64,000 nucleotides of DNA from Opitutaceae bacterium (lineage in GTDB: Bacteria > Verrucomicrobiota > Verrucomicrobiia > Opitutales > Coraliomargaritaceae). Below are positions 44,115 through 54,744 of this stretch, piece after piece. The stretch is taken from NCBI GenBank assembly GCA_051252375.1, contig JBPOFY010000001.1:320001-384000 (forward strand). Reading direction: 5' to 3'. Positions within the stretch are counted from its first letter, which is position 1; every line of letters starts with the position of its first letter. The notes under the pieces are model-generated. The model saw only the letters and a list, made by a program, of their open reading frames with translations, was not told the origin of the DNA and ran no database searches. A program made the translations under genes and the position numbers.

Positions 44115-44328
44115 GGTGTAGATTTGTCGGTGTTTTGAGAGTTACTGGCAATGCTTATGTATTATAGATATTCTTTATATATAAATCTCTCCTTAACAGT
44201 AAGGGGGGTGAATGGTGAGAAAAACTCATCAACTCACTGCTCGCAAGTCATTTACAGTGATTTTTCAGTGTGAAGAGGTCAGTGAGGAATATTGTAGAGC
44301 GGTGAATGATGTGGAAAAGTTTTTTTGA
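44115..44328. other. Probable chromosomal replication origin (oriC)
   Basis: Upstream of dnaN; TTTTCCACA at 44310-44318 (minus) plus about 6 co-oriented degenerate boxes; AT-rich tract 44156-44186; visible C-rich to G-rich switch nearby. Confidence 0.75.
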
Positions 44329-45231
44329 TCACACAGAGTCTTCACGCTTATTCCTAAGTTCTTCACATGTATTTATGGCACTATGCCGGAGACGTTTACG
44401 GGCTCGATAAATACGGAATAAGTGGCGAACTGGGCCATAAACGATGTAGGTAAAGAAAATGAGCGCGAAGGATAACTCCTTCATGATAAAAGCGACACCA
44501 AGTGCAAATATAAGACAGATAAACGTGCGGACGCGGGTGCTGGTCTGCCAATCAATGTCTTTGAAGCTTGGGTATGGGATGTTGCTCACCATGAGATATG
44601 CGATCAAGAGCATGAATGGTGGAATGCCCAGAGCGAGACTACGCGAGTCAAAATCTTGAGTGTCCAAGCTGGTGATGACCATGACAATGGATACAATCAT
44701 ACCAGCGGCAGCTGGCACAGGTAGTCCTAAGAAGTCTTTAGTGCCTTTAAGGCGCTCGGCTGGTGGCAGCATTGGATGTGTTAATACGTTAAATCGAGCA
44801 AGTCTGACCGCAGCGCACAGTAGATAGACAAACCCGATCAACCAACTGACCTCGAGAAACACTGGGTATTTATCTACTGTAGGGGTGAGAACCAGGAAGA
44901 TCATCATCAATGCTGGTGCGACACCGAACGATATAATGTCGGCGATCGAATCAAATTCTTTTCCGAATAGAGATTCTCGACCCCCTAAACGAGCGACTCG
45001 ACCATCAAGAGCATCACAGATCACTCCAAAAAGAATAAACCAAACAGCCTGCTTGTAATAGCCATTAACGATCGACGGATCGGTGGCATAGTTGGCTTGA
45101 ATACAGCGCAATATGGCTAGAAAACCAAAAAACAGATTACCAGCAGTTAAACTGTTGGGTAGCAGATAGATATGGCTGGCTTCACCAGAATCTGCATATT
45201 GGTGTTTTGGTTTATTTTCTGGATCAGACAT
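44329..45231 (-). CDS. pssA: CDP-diacylglycerol--serine O-phosphatidyltransferase
   Basis: LPNSLT.GN, DALDGRVAR..S.FGKEFDSIAD..SFGVAP, RLARFN, FLGLPVP. Confidence 0.9.
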   Translation of the reverse strand: MSDPENKPKHQYADSGEASHIYLLPNSLTAGNLFFGFLAILRCIQANYATDPSIVNGYYKQAVWFILFGVICDALDGRVARLGGRESLFGKEFDSIADIISFGVAPALMMIFLVLTPTVDKYPVFLEVSWLIGFVYLLCAAVRLARFNVLTHPMLPPAERLKGTKDFLGLPVPAAAGMIVSIVMVITSLDTQDFDSRSLALGIPPFMLLIAYLMVSNIPYPSFKDIDWQTSTRVRTFICLIFALGVAFIMKELSFALIFFTYIVYGPVRHLFRIYRARKRLRHSAINTCEELRNKREDSV

Positions 45232-45245
45232 AAATGCTTTTTGGT

Positions 45246-45614
45246 CTATTCTGAGCGATCGCCTTTATGCCTCAGGGATTCGAGGTATTTCCAAAAAGAG
45301 TCTTCTTGCTCGAGCATAAACTCCTCTGCGAAAGGTAGTTTAAAGCGAAAGATAAAATCAGTGAGCGTATTTTTATGGAGGATGTAGTGAGCAAAGAGTG
45401 CGTCACCATCTTGCTCAAAGTAGATACGAAATTCGCCGGCTCGAACGCGGTAGTATGTCTTACCGTTGCGTTGAAAACGCCCCAAATCCTCATTGGGATT
45501 CTCTAGTTGTTCTTGTTTCAGGGTGCTGACCACTTCGACAAGTAGCATTTGCGATCTTGTATCGAGCTGATTGAGCTCATGCATGCTTTGTTCGCTGAAA
45601 TTTACCTGAAACAT
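45246..45614 (-). CDS. RelE/ParE-fold protein with C-terminal extension
   Basis: MFQVNFSEQS..EL, YYRVRAGEFRIYF. Confidence 0.7.
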   Translation of the reverse strand: MFQVNFSEQSMHELNQLDTRSQMLLVEVVSTLKQEQLENPNEDLGRFQRNGKTYYRVRAGEFRIYFEQDGDALFAHYILHKNTLTDFIFRFKLPFAEEFMLEQEDSFWKYLESLRHKGDRSE

Positions 45615-45771
45615 TGTATATAAATAGACGGAGTTGCCTGTGAGATAGAGTGACACACATTAGAATAGATGTTCTCATGTGCAATCGCAGAATACTGATA
45701 CTGAATTAGCTATTGAGGCACCCTTCCAAGTAGCATTGACCGTCCGGATAAAGTCATCAATGTCATCGTCC

Positions 45772-46179
45772 ATGGTAAAAGTGACAATCGAATATGAGGG
45801 TGAGCTACGCTGTAATTTAGAGCATGGTCCTTCTGGAAACACACTACAGACCGATGCACCGGTGGATAATAATGGCAAAGGCGAAAGCTTTTCACCTACC
45901 GATCTCTGTGCATCTGCGCTAGGTTCCTGTATTGCCACGATAGTGGGCATGCAGATGGAAGCGCTGGGGGTCGATTTGAAGGGGATGCGTATAGAAGTGA
46001 GTAAAGAGATGTCCGCTAGCCTACCGCGACGAATCGCCCGGCTTGAAACGAATGTCTGGTTGCCTGTGCCTTTAACCGATGATCAGCAGATGAAAGTGGA
46101 GATTGCGGCAAAGAACTGCCCAGTGCACCACAGTCTTCACCCTGAGATTGAAAAGCCGATCCATTTTCATTGGAAGTAA
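45772..46179 (+). CDS. OsmC-family protein
   Basis: TDAP..G.G..FSPTDL..ALGSC, CPVHHSL. Confidence 0.88.
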   Translation: MVKVTIEYEGELRCNLEHGPSGNTLQTDAPVDNNGKGESFSPTDLCASALGSCIATIVGMQMEALGVDLKGMRIEVSKEMSASLPRRIARLETNVWLPVPLTDDQQMKVEIAAKNCPVHHSLHPEIEKPIHFHWK

Positions 46180-46185
46180 TTTATA

Positions 46186-47868
46186 GTGAGTAAGTTAAAT
46201 CCTTCGATCACTCTCCTGGTATTCGACTCACGTAATCGATTATTGGTGCAGCAGTATTCAGATAATGGCGTTGAAATAGCACCTACCCCTTCTTCACTAA
46301 GTGAGGGTTCGTATCTGCTAACGACAGCTGAGATCGAAGGCGATCCGACCGAGATCCACTGCCAATTGAATGGTGAGGTCACTCCTGGGAATGAGTTTAT
46401 AAGCCTGTATCAGCTAAGGTCGCTCGAACAATCTAGCCACTTAAAGGCAATTTTACGGGCCATAGAGCCTCATTTATATCGACTACCCTACCTAGATCTC
46501 GGGGAGAATGAGTATATCTACCGTTTTCGGACCGCCAAAGAACGCAATCGCTCGATCTATGTGGATACTCAGTCGGATGCACTTTATCAAAGCGCCCTGT
46601 GTGCGGCGATTAAGGAAGCGCGGCGAACGAAGGAAAAAACCTCAGGTGAGCCAGCGGTCTTGGATTTTGGTGCGGTGAGTTATGTCATCCCGAGTCACTT
46701 CGGGTTCTGCCTCGGTGTGCAGAACGCAATTGAACGCGCTTATGAAACCGTGGCGTCAAATCCTGGAAAACGGGTCTTCATGCTGAGTGAGTTGATTCAT
46801 AATCCCTTTGTTAATGAAGATTTATTGGCACGAGGATTACGTTACTTGCAGACAGATAAAGGCTTATCGATTCGAGAAGATGGTTCGATTGCAACGGATC
46901 GCGAGGACCCACAGGCTTTATGGAATCAATTAACAGAGGAAGATATCGTCATTATTCCAGCATTTGGAGCGACGAATGAAGACAAGGTTCGTTTGATTCG
47001 GCGCGGGCTTTCTATCCGTGAGAATGATGCCACTTGTATGTTGGTGGAGAAGGTATGGAAGGCTGCACGCCGTTATGCCGGGGAAGGTTATACCGTGTTG
47101 ATTCACGGTAAATCGGAGCACGAGGAAACTAAGGCTACTTTCTCTAACAGTTCGAGCCATGGTCCGGCACTCATGATTCGCAATATGGAGCATGCTCAGC
47201 GCTTAGGTGAAGTCATTATGGCGGAGGATTCTCAGAAGAAAGCACTCTTTGATGCTTCCTTCGGTGGCTTGTATTCAGATGGTTTTGATCCTCTGCGTGA
47301 TTTGGATCGAATCGCCGTGGTCAATCAAACCACCCTATTGCGTAATGAGACGCTGAGAATCATTGAGCATCTTCGCGAAGTGGTGTCTGAAAAATATGGT
47401 GAAGACCGTGTGGCTGAGCATCTTTGGTCGAAAGGTAAAGGAGACACCCTCTGTTATGCGACTCAGGTGAATCAGGATGCTTTACAAAAGGCGGTCGAAT
47501 TGCCGATCGATGCGGCAATTGTGGTGGGCGGTAAAAATAGCTCCAACACCTTTCAACTGTATCGTGTCTGTGAGGAACGATTCGGTGACAATGCACATTA
47601 CATCCAATCAGAGGCAGATATCACAGCTTTGGATCAAATTGAGCATTATATTTTCCCATATAATTTGTCCGAGATCTCTCAAGATAATCACTGCCAGCGC
47701 TCTTTTCTAAAGGCAGATGGAGCTAAGAAACATATTTTACTAACCGGGGGGGCTTCTTGCCCGGACGGAATCATCCAGCAAGTCATCCAGAAAATTAACA
47801 GTTTTTACCCCGCCGATGCGATTCGTCCAGTAGAGGCAATTTTACAAGCTTTTGAGTCTGAGGGTTGA
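46186..47868 (+). CDS. ispH: HMBPP reductase with N-terminal extra domain
   Basis: GFCLGV, IHNP, DATC, HEET, NQTT, DTLCYAT, GGKNSSNT, GASCP; core starts at about residue 165. Confidence 0.92.
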   Translation: MSKLNPSITLLVFDSRNRLLVQQYSDNGVEIAPTPSSLSEGSYLLTTAEIEGDPTEIHCQLNGEVTPGNEFISLYQLRSLEQSSHLKAILRAIEPHLYRLPYLDLGENEYIYRFRTAKERNRSIYVDTQSDALYQSALCAAIKEARRTKEKTSGEPAVLDFGAVSYVIPSHFGFCLGVQNAIERAYETVASNPGKRVFMLSELIHNPFVNEDLLARGLRYLQTDKGLSIREDGSIATDREDPQALWNQLTEEDIVIIPAFGATNEDKVRLIRRGLSIRENDATCMLVEKVWKAARRYAGEGYTVLIHGKSEHEETKATFSNSSSHGPALMIRNMEHAQRLGEVIMAEDSQKKALFDASFGGLYSDGFDPLRDLDRIAVVNQTTLLRNETLRIIEHLREVVSEKYGEDRVAEHLWSKGKGDTLCYATQVNQDALQKAVELPIDAAIVVGGKNSSNTFQLYRVCEERFGDNAHYIQSEADITALDQIEHYIFPYNLSEISQDNHCQRSFLKADGAKKHILLTGGASCPDGIIQQVIQKINSFYPADAIRPVEAILQAFESEG

Positions 47869-47893
47869 ACCGTAGGCAGATGCAGTTACTGTA

Positions 47894-48265
47894 TTGGCAG
47901 TGTTAATTGGTATTACAGATTGTGAAGGGGGTGCTCAACCCGGTGTTTATTACGGCATCGGGTCCATTGTGCAGCACAAGCTCTATGGTTACCGCGGTGT
48001 GATAGTTGCCTACGACCCACACTGTGTCGCAGGCGATAAGTGGTATTTTTCAAATAAAACACAGCCCGCCCGCGAGCAGCCATGGTATCATGTATTGGTT
48101 CACGACAGTGGTGGGCTCAGCACATATGTAGCACAGTCAAACCTACAGGAAGATCCTACACAGGCTCCTGTGGACCATCCGAGAATCAGCAGTTATTTTA
48201 CTGAATTTATCGATGGGACCTATGTGCTTAAAGAGGGCAATGCATCTGGCGGGTGCTCGATCTAG
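47894..48265 (+). CDS. hspQ: HspQ/YccV-like protein
   Basis: IG.IV.H.LYGYRGVI, QPWYHVLV, TYVAQSNL, HP. Confidence 0.85.
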   Translation: MAVLIGITDCEGGAQPGVYYGIGSIVQHKLYGYRGVIVAYDPHCVAGDKWYFSNKTQPAREQPWYHVLVHDSGGLSTYVAQSNLQEDPTQAPVDHPRISSYFTEFIDGTYVLKEGNASGGCSI

Positions 48266-48286
48266 CGAGCCCGCCGCAGTGAACCT

Positions 48287-49669
<1,383 letters not shown>

Positions 49670-49814
49670 GAGGAAGTCGGAGAATGTTGAGCCCAAAGGC
49701 TTTGTAAACTCAGAACTGGGCAAAGTCGAAATGAGGGTCTGTTAAAAAGTTTGAAAAACCATTGTTGGCGCTGAGCGGACTTGACCCATGTGCCACATGC
49801 TTTGTCATAAGTCT

Positions 49815-50381
49815 ATGTCCGAGATCCCCCCACGTGAGATTATTTTAGCGAAAGCTGGTGAGCTTTTTCATAAGCGTGGCTATGGTGCGGTTACGATCGA
49901 CGATGTGATTGCTGCCACAGGATTGCCCAAGTCGACATTTCATCAGAATTTCAGTTCACGGGCAAAGCTCGGTCAGGCCTGGTTGGGTCGTTTGAATAAG
50001 CGCATGCAGGCGATGCACGACAGTTTCCTTGAGAAACCGGGTGAGCGTGATCGGCGCTTGCGGAAGTATTTCTTTTCCATGCGTAGTTGGTTGGAAGCCA
50101 ATGGCTTCCGTTCTTGTCAGTTTGCTAATACGGCTGCCTGTATCGATGCTGAATCAGATGAAGAAATCGCGCATTTGATTGATCAATATAAACGCGCGCA
50201 GCGTAAGTTTTTCATCGAATTGGTGGGCACATTGGTCGATGAGGCAGATGCTAAACGCTTAGGCACTGCGGTCTTTTTGCTCTATTCCGGTGCGATGACT
50301 GAAGCTCAAAATTTGAAAGCCACTTGGCCACTTGAAGACGCTTTAGTGATATCTGAGCAGCTCTGTGGAATTAATCGATAA
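49815..50381 (+). CDS. TetR-family transcriptional regulator
   Basis: N-terminal HTH (LFHKRGY..TIDDV...GLPKSTF), FRSCQFANTAA. Confidence 0.88.
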   Translation: MSEIPPREIILAKAGELFHKRGYGAVTIDDVIAATGLPKSTFHQNFSSRAKLGQAWLGRLNKRMQAMHDSFLEKPGERDRRLRKYFFSMRSWLEANGFRSCQFANTAACIDAESDEEIAHLIDQYKRAQRKFFIELVGTLVDEADAKRLGTAVFLLYSGAMTEAQNLKATWPLEDALVISEQLCGINR

Positions 50382-50444
50382 GTAGTCCTCAATTCTTCCT
50401 TTGCGCTGGAATTGGGAGAATGAAACCACCAATGTTTTAACATT

Positions 50445-50969
50445 ATGGAAAAAGTAACCGAACTTCTGTCTAAGCTTCCTGAAGACGCTAATGACCTCCA
50501 AATCAACCTGAAGCGTGTGCTGGAAGGTGAATCTCTGAGCACAGAGCAAACATGGGGCACTGCTTTGGCAGCTGCGTATTTTATTCGTAACCCTGAATTA
50601 ATAGCGGCGATTCAAGCTGACGCCGAAGCGGCTGGAGTGTCTCAAGCCATTTTGGAAGACGCTCGTGGCGCGGCTTCAATCATGGGAATGAATGCTATTT
50701 ATTATCGTTTTCGTCACCTTATGAATAAGGAGGCATACAATCAGCGCCCTGCGAATCTACGCATGATGCGAATGCAGCAAGTCGCTACAACGAAGGCGAA
50801 TTTTGAGCTATTTTCGATTGCTCCTGCCGCATTGGCAGGTTGCGAAATGTGTCTTAAAGCGCACGAAGCAGCGGTTAAGAAAGATGGTATGACGGAGGAT
50901 AATGTCCACGACGCCGTTCGCATTTCTGCGGTTCTGCATGGTGTGGCTGTTGCCTTGGAAATGGTTTAG
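50445..50969 (+). CDS. ahpD: Alkylhydroperoxidase AhpD
   Basis: LPE.A.DL.INL, AASIMGMN..YYRF.H, FEL, GCEMCLKAH. Confidence 0.88.
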   Translation: MEKVTELLSKLPEDANDLQINLKRVLEGESLSTEQTWGTALAAAYFIRNPELIAAIQADAEAAGVSQAILEDARGAASIMGMNAIYYRFRHLMNKEAYNQRPANLRMMRMQQVATTKANFELFSIAPAALAGCEMCLKAHEAAVKKDGMTEDNVHDAVRISAVLHGVAVALEMV

Positions 50970-51048
50970 CCATTATTGGCTGCTTTCCTAGTAGGTAGTT
51001 ACGATTCAAAAAGCGCATGGTTTCATGATACGTAAAGATCGGATCGTT

Positions 51049-51456
51049 ATGTCAGCATCCCCGCATAAAGTATTTGTTTACGGCACTTTAAAACCGGGGG
51101 GTCACTACTGGCCTCAGTTTTGCGAAGGCAAGGTCAGTGAAGTGCAACCGGCAATGATACGGGGCGAGCTCTATGATCTACATGTTGGCTATCCTGGGGT
51201 GATCCTACAAGGAGATAGCTGGGTGCAGGGCTGTATCTTAACTTTCTCGAGGGAAGCAGATTTCCTTCAATTAGATGTGCTCGAAGGTTACGTGCCCGGA
51301 AGGGAGGAAAGTAAGAACGAGTATAACCGCCTAAAAGTGCCTAGTTACACGCCCAAAGGTGAAACACTTGGTGAGGTTTGGGCATACGAAATGACCGAAG
51401 CGACGATGCAGCGTTATAGGGGCACTCGAATAGAAAGTGGCCATTGGGCTATTTAA
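51049..51456 (+). CDS. Gamma-glutamylcyclotransferase family protein
   Basis: VFVYGTLK, YPG, LDVLEGY. Confidence 0.88.
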   Translation: MSASPHKVFVYGTLKPGGHYWPQFCEGKVSEVQPAMIRGELYDLHVGYPGVILQGDSWVQGCILTFSREADFLQLDVLEGYVPGREESKNEYNRLKVPSYTPKGETLGEVWAYEMTEATMQRYRGTRIESGHWAI

Positions 51457-51467
51457 ATAGATTCACC

Positions 51468-53000
51468 CTACTCTTTGGGCTTCGCGACTTTCTTGGCGGG
51501 TTTCTTTTTTACCGTCTTTTTGGTCGTGGCTTTTGGGGTCACAGTTTTCTTTGCGGCGGCTTTCTTAGTCGCAGTCTTTTTCACCGTGGCTTTCTTTGTG
51601 GCGACCTTTTTGACCGCTTTTTTCGTCGCCTTCTTCTTAGCCGGTTTGTCTGCGGGAGCTGGTTTAGCTGACTCCTTTGGTTTCACTTCGGACTTCGTTT
51701 TAGGCTTTTTGACTGGCTCGGTTTTAGCTTCTGCTGGAGCCTTCGATTTGGGTGCTTTAGCTTTAGGCTTTGAGCTGGTTTCTTTGCTCTGCTGAGAAGG
51801 TTTAGATTCAGCGCTTGGGGGCGTTGAATTTGTTTCGCCTACTGGATGTGGTTTTTTGCCACCGCGGCGTCGACGATTCCGAGCTGCCTTGTTTGATGAA
51901 TCAGTGTTTTCTGCGCGTGGTTGTGAATCATCAGCCTGCGCGGATTGTTTGGCTTCAGTTTTGCCTGCTTCTTGGGAGTGCTCCTTATTGTCGTTTTCGC
52001 GATTACGATTACGACCTCCACGGCGTCGACCACGTCTGCGTTTAGAGCTAGCCTCTCCTTGTGTTTGATTGTCAGGCGATCTTTGTTCGCGTTGAGGAGC
52101 TGGTTTCTTCGCTTCGAAACGTTCAGGGTGCGTTTCAAAATCTTCGATCGCGGCTGCGATCTTTTCTTCCATTTCTTCGTCCGTGTATGGAATAGTGCGT
52201 TCGATCCGCTCTGGTGATTTGGTTGGAATCTTAGGCTGTTCCGGTGGGCAGTATTCTGCGGGCGGTAGCACGATCGCGTTGTAAGGATCGATTGGGAGCG
52301 GATCTTCTGGAAGTGCAGATTCCGCTTTGGCGCTGAGACGCGGGTAAAGGGTTATTTCGTTGGGCACGTTGGGCTCATTCTCATTGAGTAGTTGCTCAAT
52401 GGTGCGTGCGACGTGTTCGGGATCGATGCGTGTTTGCATCAGCTGCTCGTCGCTCACATCTGCCGCGGGTAGTTCTGGGTTTTGGCGTAGGATAAGGTTG
52501 GTCACTCTAAGGCCGGCATCACGGGCTTGGTCGAAAAGCGCGTTATTCATCTCGCGGAGACCACCTTCAATGAGCGCATTGATCGCACTGGCGGTGTGCC
52601 CACTTTTGTTGGCGGGGATGATGTTAATGAGCTGACCGCGAAAGCGCAGTAAGTTGGGCAGTGCGAGGCGGGTTAGCATGATCGGACCGAGGAGTCCGAT
52701 TTTGAGAATGGCTTCGAGGTTACCGACAGGTAGTTTTTCGAAAGCGCCACCAGGCGTTACATCGATCGCATGGATTAGGATGTGTAAGGCACCTTCCTTT
52801 TCCAGAATTTCATTGGTCGCGCGAGTGACGGCGTCGAGATCGCTGACATCAATCGGATGTGCGAAGAAGTTCGGGTCTGCGAAAGTGACTTTCGAGAAAT
52901 TATTACCGATGCCGTGCACGCGGCAACCTTGCCGAATGAGGCCTTGAATGATCCGGAGGCCGAGAGGTGTCTCGGCGCCAGTGACAATAGCAATGTCCAT
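51468..53000 (-). CDS. SDR-fold protein with long low-complexity basic C-terminal tail
   Basis: IAIVTGA Rossmann start, D(V)SD, GLRVTNL; tail with Arg-rich blocks and KK(A/T)x repeats. Confidence 0.8.
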   Translation of the reverse strand: MDIAIVTGAETPLGLRIIQGLIRQGCRVHGIGNNFSKVTFADPNFFAHPIDVSDLDAVTRATNEILEKEGALHILIHAIDVTPGGAFEKLPVGNLEAILKIGLLGPIMLTRLALPNLLRFRGQLINIIPANKSGHTASAINALIEGGLREMNNALFDQARDAGLRVTNLILRQNPELPAADVSDEQLMQTRIDPEHVARTIEQLLNENEPNVPNEITLYPRLSAKAESALPEDPLPIDPYNAIVLPPAEYCPPEQPKIPTKSPERIERTIPYTDEEMEEKIAAAIEDFETHPERFEAKKPAPQREQRSPDNQTQGEASSKRRRGRRRGGRNRNRENDNKEHSQEAGKTEAKQSAQADDSQPRAENTDSSNKAARNRRRRGGKKPHPVGETNSTPPSAESKPSQQSKETSSKPKAKAPKSKAPAEAKTEPVKKPKTKSEVKPKESAKPAPADKPAKKKATKKAVKKVATKKATVKKTATKKAAAKKTVTPKATTKKTVKKKPAKKVAKPKE

Positions 53001-53295
53001 ATGTTGTATAAATTGGCTCTACCTACGGAGAACACCCGAAATGGGGTTCGTCAAAGACGCAGTGGAGGTTCCGTGTGATTATCGGAGATGTGTGGTTGTG
53101 TCGGATCTCAGACAGTATGTTCGAGATCACGTGCTGCTTAGAGCAGAATCCAAACCAGTGTTTGGCAATGGTAATCGTGTTGAATGCGTCGATGTAGATT
53201 TTTGCTAATTCGGATTGGAGGGACCCTTATATTGTCCGATTTTAGGTAGGTTGTGGTTTCAAGGGACTTTGTATCTGCTTATAAGCGAGTTCATT

Positions 53296-53694
53296 ATGAA
53301 ACCTGGTCGAAAGAATACCTACATGCGGATTACGAATTTGCTCTTATACCTCAGTTTTTGTGGTTTGATCGGGACGGGGGCTTTGCTGACATGGCGACTT
53401 GTGCCTGGCTCAAAAGGTGGAGGCGGCCTGTCTGTGTTAGGACGAGGGCGTCATGAATGGGGTGACATCCACTTTTGGTTAGCGGTCGTATCTGTTGTCT
53501 CGGTGGTGATCCACCTCCTATTGAACTGGCAATGGCTGAAGAAAATCGCAGCGGGTGCACACTTTTGGCGTTTGCTGTTAGGGCTGGGACTAGGGTTGCT
53601 GATTATTTTCGGAATCTACTTCTTGCCGATGGAATCTCGCAAAGGAGATGGGCACGGAAATGAGCACGGCCGCTTAATGGAGAAGGTCGACTAG
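53296..53694 (+). CDS. DUF4405-like membrane protein
   Basis: TG.LL, RHEWGDIHFW, HLLLNWQW. Confidence 0.75.
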   Translation: MKPGRKNTYMRITNLLLYLSFCGLIGTGALLTWRLVPGSKGGGGLSVLGRGRHEWGDIHFWLAVVSVVSVVIHLLLNWQWLKKIAAGAHFWRLLLGLGLGLLIIFGIYFLPMESRKGDGHGNEHGRLMEKVD

Positions 53695-54321
53695 CTCTTG
53701 GAGTGAGTGCACGACCGGAGCACCTGTGGTGGCAAGCCGTTCCGGAGTATGATGCCCGTGTGCGAGCAGGATACAATGAGTGCCAATGGCTTCCGCTACT
53801 TCAAAGTCGTGCAAAGTATCGCCAACCATCACGACTTCTTCGGGGTCCCATTCCAGTTTTTCAATCCAGCGCTTCCCCTGCCCTACTTTGCCTTCTGCGT
53901 AGATGTTATCAGTGCCGACCAGACTACTGAAATGCTCACGAATACCGAAGTGGTTGATGCCAATTTCAAGGGCTTCCTGTTTTGCGGCAGAAAGAACTGA
54001 ATGCGTGTGCCCCAAACCGGAGAGTTTTTTGAGTATCTCCGAGGTTTCAGGGTGCAAGACGCACTCTTCTAGCCAGCGGACTTCGTAGTCGTTGATAAAT
54101 TCGCGGCTGACCTGGGCAAAGCTATCTACATCTGTATCAAAGCCGAGGTAGTCGTAGAAATGAATAACCGGAAAGCCAAAGTTCTGACGATACACGTCTT
54201 CGGTGAGCGGCGATCGGTTGCGTTTGGCGAGTAGTCCGTTGAGCACTTCGACGCACAACCAGGTGTCGTCCAATAAGGTGCCATTCCAATCCCAGATGAT
54301 ATGACGATATGGTGAGGGCAT
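53674..54321 (-). CDS. HAD hydrolase (phosphoglycolate phosphatase-like)
   Basis: WDWNGTL, LSAA, VGDTLHD. Confidence 0.88.
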   Translation of the reverse strand: MPSPYRHIIWDWNGTLLDDTWLCVEVLNGLLAKRNRSPLTEDVYRQNFGFPVIHFYDYLGFDTDVDSFAQVSREFINDYEVRWLEECVLHPETSEILKKLSGLGHTHSVLSAAKQEALEIGINHFGIREHFSSLVGTDNIYAEGKVGQGKRWIEKLEWDPEEVVMVGDTLHDFEVAEAIGTHCILLAHGHHTPERLATTGAPVVHSLQELVDLLH

Positions 54322-54744
54322 CTAGTCGAGTAGATCAGGTTTTCGCTCAAAGAGAACGGCTGGCACCTGCATGAGTGCGAGAAAGATCAAGGTGCCTTCA
54401 AAACCGGGCACGCTTAGGCGCTCGCCTCTATCCGCTGCAGCAATATATGCGAACATAACCGTAGCAATCATCAGAAAGACAAAAAGCGCTGAGATAATCA
54501 GCATCGCGACATAAGTCAGTTTCCAGCGTTTATCTGAAACCTTGGCAAATGGGAGATTTAGAAAAGCACCGTAGAGTATAAAATAGACTGATTGGATGAC
54601 CACGAAAGTTGTCAAAGTCCCGATCAGGAGGTTCTTTAAGGCGAGTCCGATCAGTAAAAAGCCCAATGCGCGACCTGCCCAGCGTGCATAGCGCACACCA
54701 TCTGGTATAACTGTGTTTGGGTTTTCTTTGGTGATGCTGCTCAT
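54322..54744 (-). CDS. Hypothetical membrane protein (4 TM)
   Basis: Hydrophobic ORF coupled to both neighbours. Confidence 0.72.
   Translation of the reverse strand: MSSITKENPNTVIPDGVRYARWAGRALGFLLIGLALKNLLIGTLTTFVVIQSVYFILYGAFLNLPFAKVSDKRWKLTYVAMLIISALFVFLMIATVMFAYIAAADRGERLSVPGFEGTLIFLALMQVPAVLFERKPDLLD

Noticed and set aside
53001..53295. Several small hairpins suggesting an ncRNA
   Set aside because: Short imperfect stems in a divergent promoter region; no recognisable family.
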